Source of the DNA: Minisyncoccia bacterium
Lineage (GTDB): Bacteria; Patescibacteriota; Minisyncoccia; Phycocordibacterales; UBA918
DNA: 64,000 nucleotides
Assembly (NCBI GenBank): GCA_046293175.1
Contig: JBKBPM010000001.1
Location: 363,446-427,445 of the forward strand
Direction: 5' to 3'
Under the pieces are notes generated by a model. It did not search any database. It was not told the DNA's origin and saw only the letters and a list, made by a program, of their open reading frames with translations. Shown here in pieces: positions 39,301 through 51,300 of the stretch; position 1 is the first letter of the stretch; every line of letters begins with the position of its first letter. The position numbers were made by a program, and so were the translations under genes.

Positions 39301-42300
39301 AGTTCATATGGTACTTCGGTTACACCATCACTCGTGGTGACGCGAATATCACTACCGTCACTTTTCACTCCTGCAAAGAAGGCACTACCAAGCGTAGCCA
39401 AATCAACATAGACTGGGAAATCCGTCACTGTTTCCGCGACCTGACTGGCACTAATAGTGATGGCCATGCGACTCGTCCAACTGTTGTTATACCAAGAACC
39501 AACCCCGCTACGAGTACGTAGATGGTTGAAACTTGAACCATTGGTGCTGATTTGATTGGCATCCTGCACCAACAAAATGACTTCACCATTGTTGTGGGCA
39601 AAGGCCCCAGAACCAGTTACAGCAAAGTCACCGCCTACAGTTAACGTGCCGCTTGGCATAGTGACGGTACCGCTTTGAATACGATGTGCACGTGTGGTAG
39701 TGGCGGCACTTTCAGAGTAAGTCCACGAGCCTGCACCAGCAAAGGTAAGATCGTAGAAGGCATTAAGGAAATTCGTAGCCCTTTGGGTAATTGTGCGTCC
39801 AGCTACACTACTGGTCATACGAACCTCACCATTGTTATGTGCAAACTGTCCGCCCGTATTGAGGAAAGATCCCGCAATCGTCGTAGTACCAGTTGGCAGC
39901 GTGACCGTACCGGTTGCGATGGTGAGTGTACCATTAAGGACTAGTGTACTTGTGCTAAATGACCAGTTACCACCAGCACCGGTAAATGACAGGTTGTTAA
40001 AGGCAGAGGTACCACGTGCAATCACACCGGTACTGGTACCAACAAAGGTCACCGTACCACTTTGCGGAACAAAGAGGTTGTTGTTTGTCCAGGCCCGGAC
40101 GACATTTATGTTAAAGCCAGAACCAGAGGCATTAAGCGTATCGTCTGCTCCAATAGTTATCGACTCGCTGCCGACATTACCAGAGAGCGTGATGGTTTTG
40201 GCTGTACCATCAATGACAACATTACCGACATTAGTACTTGAAGCGGCACTTTTTGCATCACCCCAAAGACTACTGCCAGCACCATCAAAGGTGGTTGTAC
40301 CAAGCCCACTAAAAGTACCATTGGCGCCAAGACTTAAGTTACCGCCGATGTTTATACTCGATGTACCACGAGCCAAGGTTCCAAAGTTCATCGTCACATT
40401 ACCAGAAGCAATCAGTGGTTTTGTGAGACTAAACGTAGCATTACCACTACCTTCACCAAAGGTAACATTATGGAAGAAGAGTGAACTTGAGGCATTAACT
40501 GGCGTTTGGGTCGAAGTAGTAGCCGTAAAGATAATGGTTGAAAGACCAGTCGTAAATGTACCTTGGTTATTCCAGAGATTACTAATACGGAAGGTACTGG
40601 TGGCTGGGGCAAAGGTACCATTATTTTGGAAATTAATGACACTCGTGTCAGCCCCTGGTGCGTAGGTTGAACCAGAAAGTACTCGCAGACGAGCATCACC
40701 ACAAGTTGATTCAGCACAGAGAGTGATAGCGTTACCACCATCAGCACTAAAGAAGATGTCTTCGTTGGCACTATTGGCATAGAGCGCAAGCTGAGCATTG
40801 GTGATTGTGGTGTTGTCGTTTGAACCAATCGTCAAGTGACGCTTACTGAGCACCATACCCGTAATATCGCCCGAACCATCATAGACGGTGGTGCCCACTG
40901 CTTCGTCGGTACCACTTGCATTTTGCATAAACACCGTGATGACATCACCAGCCACAGCTGACACATTTGGAATCGACCAAGAACCAGCCGCTGAGACTGT
41001 TGACCAGGTAATAACCACCCGTCCAGGATTACCATTGCCTCCATTGGTTGAAGTCGCACTGGTACCACCACTACCAGCTCCACCACCATAATCACTGTCG
41101 GTGTTATTACCAGGTAGACCAGGAGAGGTGGAAGAACCACTGACCGTTGATGTAGCAGTTACACCACTGGTTGTAATATACGATGAACCACCGCCGCCGC
41201 CGGCACTCGCTTGGTAGATACCTGCCCCACTAGCACCGCCGCCGCCGCCGTAATAACCGGCGCCACCACCAGCACCACCAGCAGCCAGGGTTGATGAGGC
41301 ACCGGCACCACCAGCCCCACCACCATGTATGCCACCAGCACCACCGGCGCCACCACCAGCACCAGAACTACCACTACCGCCGTTATAGGCCGAACCCACG
41401 GTTGCATTCCCGCCACCAATGGCACCACCCGTTGACTGTGTACCACCAGTTCCAGCTGTACTGCCAGTCACACTGACTCCATCACCACCAACGAGACCAC
41501 CTCCAACCCCACCAGCACCCGCCAGTGTTCCGGTGACGCTATGCGGTTTGAGCGCAAAGGTAAAGTAGCGACCAACATCAGCACCAACTGATGCTTGTGT
41601 CATGGTAGGTGCACCAAGCTGTCCAGGTGCCCCAACTGGATTATTATCGTAACAAAGGAAAACAGAGTTGTCGGTACCGTTAGCGTTAGCTGAATAAAAG
41701 TTTGCATCAGCATTCGTTGGGATGTCACAAGAACCTCCGCCAGGACCCCAGGTGTTGTTATCCATCGAGCCACCAACATGAACTACCATGGCATCTGCCA
41801 CCGTGGCATTGAGATCAGTTCCCGTAAAGACAGTATTGGCTACCGTGACGGCAGTGTTTGTACCAACCACATCATACGGATTACCAGTAGTAGTCACGCC
41901 ACGATAGGCCCAAATACGACCGGTGTATGACTCAGTGGCTGGTCCACCAAAAGTTGGATTACCAGGCACAGCACCAGTGCGGCGATAGTACCAGACAGAC
42001 AAACGACCTTCACCAGCCGATCCTGCTTGAGAAGAAAATTCTGTCCAACCGGTGCAGTTAGCGGTACATGTATGTGCGGTGTTTGTTCGTGAATGTAATA
42101 CGGCAATATAAACGTCATCAACTGCTGTACCAGCCGGAATGGTTGGAGTACAACTAGCACCGCTAACCGCACAAGCTGTACCAACCCCAACATAGCTTAT
42201 GCCACCAGCCACTGACCCACCACCGCCACCAGCACCAGCCACAAAGAGTGGTGTTGAGGCACGCATCACGGAGGTAGCGCCACCTCCCCCACCACCACCC

Positions 42301-45300
42301 GGTGGTGCACCAGTTACTCCTCCGCCGCCGCCACCACCGACGTGAATGGTGAGATTTTCACCAGGAATAGTCGTGAGTGTACCCCCAACAAATCCACCCC
42401 CACCACCAGTTGCTCCAGCATATTGTGTACCGCCACCACCAGCACCACCACCTGCACCCCAAGCCTTGACGGTGACATTAGTAACACCAGGTGGTACCGT
42501 GAAAGTACTGGTACCTGCAGTACTATAGACCATTTGTTGGGTGGTGGTACCAACTGCAATTTGAGCTGTTTTACCTGACTGTAAGACACCGTTTACCGCA
42601 ATCGCAACGGTACCAGTAGCCACCAAGGTTGACTGATCATATTCAAAAGCACTACCAGATACCGTAAGCCCTTCAGACCATTCAACTGACCAATCTTGTA
42701 TTGATGGACAATTTCCACTATCACAAAGGAGTTCCGCATCAAGCTTGAGCACTGCATAGATGTTTTTATCAAGGTTTGAAAGATCAATTGGTGAGTTAGT
42801 GAATCCTGCCGCATTACCAGGCAACGCTGAATCAGGAATCAACACAAAGTTACCTGGGGTTGTTTCATAGTAAACCCGATACAACACATCACTCAGGCCT
42901 GGTGTCGTATCAGTAAAGCGTACTCGCTCCCAACGTGGACTGACCCCGTCTTCAAAATTAATAGCAGTTGAGCGTATTGCACCCGAGGTAAAGCTTGGGT
43001 AGATTTGAGCAGCAATTGTTAGGGATCCATCAAAAGGCAACGTCGTAATTGATGGACTTGTACTGAAGTTCTCCCGCGCGGTCCATGTCACCCCATCCCA
43101 GCGACTTGTGTCATAGCGATCAGGGTTTGAACCATCATCAAACGCGAGCATGTGAATGTTACTATCACCACCACGTACGGTCTGGATACGCCAACTATTA
43201 TTGACTGTATCAAGACTAAACTCTCCAGAAGAAGTACCAGTAAGTACCGAATACGTTTGATAGCGGGCTGCTACTGTATCTGAATACGCGACAATCACTT
43301 CGCCTTCAGCTGTGCCAGGAGTAGTTTGAAATTCACAATCAACAGGCAAACCACGGTTATCATTACCGGTGGTGGTCATTTCAGTGAAAGTACCCCAACC
43401 ACTACCTGTCCAACGGAGTACACCAATGTCAGTATCAGCGTCCATGTAACAGAGAATCATTCGGTCACTGCCCTCGTCACGTTTAAGACTTCCCCAGGTC
43501 ATGACGTTGCCGAGCGCTACTGTGCTGGTGGCTGACCAAGTTGAACCATTCCACGTCTTCCATGGCATATTGACAGTACCATTTGGAAGCGCCAAAACCG
43601 CTTGATCTCCTGATTCTTCATATTCTATTACAATTGCTTCGTTAGAGTTAGCACTAACATCACCAAAACGATTCGAATTGCCCCAACTACTACCATTCCA
43701 CACGAGCGCCTCGTAATCAGGTGTAGATGCATTATTGTGTCGGAAGACTACAATCATTTCGTTTGAAGTAGGGTCACTGGCCAGCTTTACCCACTCACAG
43801 TCAGCGGCTTTAACTAAATCAATACTCGAAGTAGCTGACCAGCTTGTTCCATTCCAGATAGCGTAAACAGCATCATTGCCGGTACATGCTACGGCCATCA
43901 ATCGACCAGAGACAGTCTCGTACCCAATATCAAAACGACGTTTTGTTGATTCAGTGGCATTGTCAACAATTTCAAATATATTACCCCACGACTCAGTGAG
44001 AGCGTCATAGATTTGGATATTGATGTCAAGGTCAGTACCAAGAGTACCAAGGGCATATTCAGGTCGAGTTGTCGCAGCTTTGAGTTGTGTCCAGCGGATC
44101 TGGGCACCAACGGTCTCAGCGGACTGAGCGGAACTCCAAGTAGAGCCATTCCAGGTGCGGAACTGCGGTGCCTGTGCGGTACCAATACCATAAGCAGTCA
44201 TTGCGCCACTAATAATTGATGTTACTTGCGCACCGCCAGCCACAGTTTCAATATCAACATTGTCGTTAGTGGCAAACTGATCACCGGTCGTTTGATACCA
44301 GACTGATACATTAGTGGCTGTGTCAACCGTAAAGCTAAACGGTGTTGCGTAATTTGACCAACTATTGTTGCCACCGGGGTCACGCGCCCGTGCACGCCAC
44401 CAGTAGGTCACTCCATTTGTGAGTGGCGTCTGAGTTTGATAACGAACCGTGTTACCTGACGTGTATGGATTAGTATCAGCTGGGGTGGTGACATTTGTGA
44501 AACCAGCATCCACGCCAGAGAGGAAGGTAGATGGACTAGCAAAGTCTGCAGTACTCGAAATTTGCACTTCGTACTGCAAATCGTCGTTTTGTGGATCGGT
44601 TGTGGTAAAGGTGAAGGCTGGTGTCACAGTGGCCGTCTTTGCATTGTCAAAGAGTGAGATAAGCGTTGGTGGCTCAATCTTTTGACTCCAGGTCACCGTC
44701 ATATCTAAAAGCCGTGGCAAGGTAGAGTTACCAGAGAAGACCGAGGTAATACGAAGCACGTTATATGTCCTGGTATCAAGGTTTGCAATTGATATTGGTG
44801 ACGAAGTAAAGCCGCTACTGTTACCAGGCAAGTCAGTATCAGGCACCAGTTCAAATGTATTGGCAGAAACTTCATACTCAACGTAGTGTCGAATGGTACC
44901 AGAGGTGACATTTTGGTTGAAGTTTATACTACCCCACGCATTACCAATTTCTCGGTTATCATAATCAATTTCGGTAGTCGTTGTAGTCGCAGCAGTAAAG
45001 CCTGTGTTAATACCAGTATCATTGGTGGTGGTACTCGTGATCGCATCATTAAGGCTGTTGGTATTAAATTGATCACCGGTTGTTTGGTACCAGGTTGTGA
45101 TGACTGTGGCACTATTAATTGTAAAGCTTTTAGCTTCAGACCAATTACCGTAGGTATTTGAACCAAAATCATCTTTGGCACGTACTCGCCACCAGTAGGT
45201 TACTCCATCAGTCAAACCAGTGTTTGGAATAAATTGAATTGTCTGGCCAGACGAATACTGACTACGTTCTGAAGGTGAAGCTAAGTTGGTGAATTGTGAA

Positions 45301-48300
45301 AAATTAGCATTTGATTCCCGAATAAGGGTTGGTGAAGAAAAGTCAGCATCGTCATCAATCACCACTTCGTATGATACGAGGTCGCCCAGTTCATCTGTAG
45401 CGGCAAATTCAAAAGTTGGTGACGTTGAAGCCATCTGTTCGTTGTCAAATGGTGCAATCAGTGTCGGTTCAAGTGGTGCCGCGTTGGTAATCAACCGTGG
45501 GTAGTTGTCATAGCTATTCAACACAGAACCATCAGCATACACGACACGGAAACAGTAACTCGTATTAGCAGCTGCATTGTTGTTTTGAAGTACAAAGTCC
45601 CATTCAGCATTTTGACCTACCAATAATGCATTACGATTGAGATTGGTAGGGTTGTACTCTTCATACGTCTCAGGGAACGTACTACTAGCCAGCAAAGTGC
45701 TTGGTAGCACTCGACCATCACTGATGATTTCTTCAGAGGCAACGGCATAAAAGCCCGTAGGGTTTGATTTGTTATTAAAGGTGGTTTGTATCCAGCCGTC
45801 ACTACGAACGATATTTGAAATAGATACTTCATCAATACCACCGGTAAAAAGTCGTCCACCTAATGGATCTTGTCCAATATCAAGAGCTGCATAGGTACCC
45901 GTCGAGTGGGTTACCGCATTAGTTCCACTTGCTACCCCCACCCCGGAGTGACGCCACATTACCGCTCGAGTCGGCTCAATGGTCAAGGTGGCCATAAATG
46001 GCGCACTAGAAGTTGGATAGGTCGGCCCCCCTGTCCAGTTGTACGTAGCAGCAGCATCACGCCAGTGGTAGCCGAGACGATTTGTATTCGATGGAATATT
46101 GATACCACTGGTTTCACCTGACGCGCGAGTCATTAAAAGACCATCAAAGGCGCCTTGGTTACCGGTTGAAGAAGCCCAGATTTGCCAGGTTGAGTTGAGG
46201 AAAGAACGATTAAAGCTTGAACCAAGATCGATATACTCATTGGTTCCATCAATTGCTTGGAAGCGACCAACAATACCGTTCTGACGATCGCCCACTTCCA
46301 TATTTTGTGATGTACCATTACTATTGCCGGTACTATCAATAAATTGTGGTGCTGTGGCAGTTGGACTTTGATCAAGGTGGTACACCGCCAAGAAGTTGTT
46401 ACTCCATACATTATTGCGACCATAGGTAGCTGAGACACTATAGCCACTGGCTGCACCATTGCCGTAGTACACATAAAAGTCAGTGTCGGTTGTTGTCGAA
46501 AGCGATGGGGCTCGGAAGTGGAGCTCACCAATATCACTACCCGTATCAAGCGAGACTAGTTCATATGGTACTTCAGTTACTCCGTCACTGGTGGTGATGC
46601 GGATATCGTCACCGTCACTTTGCACATTATCAAAGAATTGCGCAGGAAAATCATCGAGATTGAGGTAAACCGGGAAGTTTGTTACATCATTACCTGAAAC
46701 TAAAGAACTCTCAACTGTCACCTTAACCCGCCGTGGCCAAGAGGCACTGTACCAATCAGTACCAACGATTGAGTTCGCATATCCGCGCCAGGTTGCCGTT
46801 GTACTTCCAACCGCACCCACGTCTTGCCAACCGGTAGCAATATTACAGGAGACACCAGTTGCGTACTGTAACTTGAAGGCGGACGTACTCGTCGGCAACG
46901 TCACATTTGCCCCCTCAAGTGAGAGACGAAGACGGATCACATCGTTGAGACTGACCGCTTCTGCTGAAGTGAGTGCAGTATTTTCTGCCACATCGGTACC
47001 TCCTACCGGCCAGGCATCCGTCGGGGTAAAGACACTCGCGTTTGTATACCAGCGAAAATCATTTTGTACGAGTTTTGGCTTACGCACCCAAGCCACTGAC
47101 CAATCATCAAGACTCGCACTGGTGGCGCCAAACGTGGTCAAGGTGGCCTCAAGACAAATCTGACTGTATGTGGTGGTAGAAAGACCAGTCAAGTTAAGAG
47201 GCATAGCCGTACTGTCAAAACCTGCACTATTTCCTGCCAGTGCTCCGTCTGGTATATAGGTGTCACAAGTGGTCGTACTCGTGTATTTAAGCTTTACCGT
47301 TACGTCCGTTCCAAACGGCTCAGTTGAAGAGAACGTAAAATCACCCCAGGTTTGCTGGTTTGGCACCGCCGAAAAGACAATCGGCTGCGTCGTCACAGTA
47401 CTTTGAGTAAATTGGTAGCGCTTAGCAGCCATTTCAAACGTTTCAAATGGAGCACCGGCTATTGAAGATGGGTTTGGTACTATTGATTGTTTCGTTGACC
47501 AGCTGGTTCCGTTCCAGTACGTTGACTCTATTTCATCCCCCGCCACAGCATCATCGTGTGAGACTGAGACGATGGTGCCATCTCCAGCTCGTTCTGTCTG
47601 CACCCAAAATACACCAGTACCCGCTCCGACACCTGTAATGGGCTGAGGGGCTGACCATGATGATGTCGCATACACGCTATACCGTGCATTAGTTGTGTCC
47701 GAATAGGCGGCGAGCGTATACCCCGAGCGACCTGCTACCGTCTCATATTCACAATCAATTGGTCGCCCAGCCTGAGAGTTACCAGCCGTAGAAAAATCAT
47801 TATAGGTGCCGGTCCAGATACTACCATCCCACCGGATCGCTCCTGGACGAGCCGAATCATTGATGTAACACAACACCATGTTGTCTGAGTTTGGATCAGC
47901 CGAGAGTGTTCCCCATTCAAAGTCATTTTGCAGTGCCTGGGTGGCAGGAGCGGTCCAATCAAGACCCGTCCAAGTACGATAGATGAAACTATTTCCCGTA
48001 CCATTGGTGACTGCTACAATCGCTTGATCACCGGAAGTTTCATACTTCACCCCAATACCAGCTCTCGCTTCTTGACCAGCCTGTACCGAACCCATGACCC
48101 GACTATTACCAAAAGCCGAACCGTCCCACACGAGCATCTCGTAGTTGTTACCAACCGCCGCTCCACTATCGCGTACTACCAAAATCATTTCATCTGAGGT
48201 TGGATCAGACGCAATCTCAACATGGTTACAGACGTTGACGAGGCTGGTAGTAATACTACTTGTAGCTGACCAGGTAGAACCATTCCAAATACGATAGACC

Positions 48301-51300
48301 GGATCTTTAGTGTTACTACAAGACACCACCATGGCGTCACCCGAGACACTTTCATACCCAACGGCAATACCACGGCGGCCGACATTTGAGACAGTGTTCG
48401 TGATGAGTGTTTGATTACCCCATGAACTACTCGTTGCATTATAGACCTGCGCATAGGTGGCGTTTGATTGGTCCATGGTCACAAGAATATACTCATCTCG
48501 CTTCACTCCAGCAGCAGTGCGCACCCAGTTTATGGTACCCCCTACTGGAATTGCCGATTGCTTAATACCCCAACTTGTACCACCCCAAAGACGGTAACGT
48601 GGCGTATTGTTGGTGCCATCACCATAGGCAATGAGCATCTCGGTGTTGGTAGTCGAATTAACGACGACATTATCATTATTAGAAACACCACCAAATAAGG
48701 TGTTGGTATTAAACTGACCGCTTGTGGTCTGGTACCAATTCGGCACGGTATCCGCCGCATTTACTGTAAAGCTTTGGGTTGTCGAGTAGTCACCAAAACC
48801 ACCAGAACCGGTTACATCCCTGGCTCGCACACGCCAATAGTAGGTCGTCAGGTCGGTGAGTGTCTCACTGGGTTGTAACTGGTAGCGGATTTTTTGCCCT
48901 TCTGTAAATGGAGAAGTATCGCCACCCGAAACAGTGTTGTAAAAGCCAGCATCACTGCTTGAGACCCGTACGGTAGCAGTAGCAAAGGTTGATGAAGTTG
49001 AAATCGAAAATTCATACTCAATATCAGAGGTCCCATCTGGATCACTCGCAGTAAACTCAAAATATGGAGTAGTTGAAGCCAGGCGAGCATTATCAAACGG
49101 CACGCCATGCAATGTTGGTGCAGCCGGACGGAAATCAAGCGCAGCTTTTTTCCACAACATGAGTGTTCCTGGTGTCGTTGAACTTACCTGACCAGCAGTG
49201 GCCTCCTGCTGACTTTGGATAGAAATAATTTGTCCAGCCGTGACACCTTCAAGGAGAAACACGAGATTGCCAGAAGCTTCAGCGTGTCCATTTTGATTAC
49301 GAATAAAATTTGACTTTGTCTGGGCACCAGTGGTGGTTACACCATTAACAGTGACCGTAATGCGATTGTTGGTACGCGCAGTGGCACCAGTAAAAGCACC
49401 ATTGTATGTCAGGAGGTAATCACCACTGGCGTTGACAGTTATCTGGTGACTATTAACTGCGGTTGAATGTGTATAGGCGTTACTATCGTACGCCAGTTGC
49501 GTATTAAACCGTGACGAAGAAGCATTACTATTGTTAAAGTTCATGCCAGTTGTACCATTGAGGTAGTTGCCGGTGAGGGCAATCACACCGGTTGATGGTA
49601 ACTTTTGTATATAGATTGATCCAGCAAACCCTGGTGTCACCACCACATTACCACCACCCGCTTCTTGTTGTGTCGTTACTGTCAATACACTGTTAGTGGA
49701 GCTGGCGACCACAATACCAGACCAGTGAATACTCGAGTCACCATCGCTTTCCGTCGCTGCCGTTTCCATATATCCCTGCATAAATTGCGCTCCGGGTACA
49801 GCCATGCCATTGATGAGCACTTGTCCTTTTACGTTTGTTTGGACCGTATGGTTAACGCCGGTGAGTGGAATATTGATATGAACCATGTAGGTACCGGTGG
49901 CTGACAGTGTAATGTTTTGTGGCGATACGGTATTTGAGTGCACATAACCACTATCCTGGCGAGTTTCTACCCAGTCAAGTGCGTTTGCTGTCGCTGTGTT
50001 AAGGCTCGTGGTCGCTGTCGAACGGGTTGTGGTCGCGGCAAATACTGTATTGGTATCGTTAATATATTCGAGATACATCGAAGCCAGGCCGGTTACGTTG
50101 ACGGTGTCTCCTGCGTCGATAGTGTTGAGGTTTTCGACAAAGACTTCAATGTAATCGTTTGCGCTAACATCAGTGAGCAAGAATGCGACGTTTGAAGATG
50201 ACTCAGATTGTGCTCCAGCATTTTCAATGTAGCCACTACGTCCAAGACCTTCTTGGACGGCAATTCCATTCTTTCGTACTTCTATACCAGAACGAGTACG
50301 ACTCACATTAGCGTCAGTTCGCTGTACTGGCAAGTTGACCGAAACAAAGTAATCACCATTCTGACGAAGGGTTACTCGCTGTGAGTTGGTTGAGGTCGAA
50401 TGAGAATAATAGTAGTTATCAATTGAACTGGTTGACCACTGCATTGGACTTGGAGCTTCGTTTAGGTTTGTACCTGCAACAGTCCGCGTCCCTTTGAACC
50501 AACCGATATTGTTAAGAGCGTCAGAAGCAATTTGCCACTGCCGCAACTCGTGGAAGGTATCCATCTGGAGCGGTCCCAAAAGATACATATATGGACTTAT
50601 ATCCGGTGCGTCAAAGGTGTATGAGAGTGTAATCTCATCACCCTCATTAAGCGTAATATCCGACCAGGTTATCACACTGTACTGTGGAAGAGCAGTAATA
50701 GTGGCTCCTTCTAGTCCTTCTATAATAAAACCACGCGGTACTCGTTCGGTGATATCACCTGTGTAGGTTCGGTTGGCTTTAATATTGAGATCAACCTTAT
50801 ATGGTGCTGGTGGATAGATACGAGTTGGCGCAGTACGAGTGATGTCAAACGGAATGTAATCACGCACTTCAAATGAATCAGTAATTTTATGAACAACTTC
50901 CCCATTCACATTCAAATGCTGCAACTGAATCGTGTACTCACCCCACTCACCAGTATCTGTAAAGGTGGCCAGGTAGTCTGGCATATCAGTCACATTGTTG
51001 GCATTACATGAGCCAGACTGTTCGACCGGCACTTCATAGATGGTTCCTTTTGGATCAATAATCTTCATTTGCAGATTTGCATCACAAATCGTGTCACCAC
51101 TATCAGTCAACGCAGCAAGATTGAGTTGCACTTCTTCGTTCGGGAAGTACATACTCTTTTTTGTGTTCACCGCCAAAAGACCCCAATAGAATTCAAAGGT
51201 ATCGATGAACTTTTCACCATTTTCGAGTACTTCTACGGTGACTTCATATTTGCCTGGTTCAAGTGTGTACGGGAGTTGCTGTACCTCCATAGACCAAGTC

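Noticed and set aside
39793-40665. Long plus-strand ORFs inside the giant gene (39793..40665, 290 aa; 51826..52416, 196 aa; 36535..37059; 34351..34875; 8153..8524).
   Set aside because: They are antisense to a continuous, homology-supported 7450-aa or 2053-aa frame. Their translations are low-complexity (P/V/A/S-rich) mirror images of the Thr/Gly/Ser-rich sense strand. They have no start context or domain signal.
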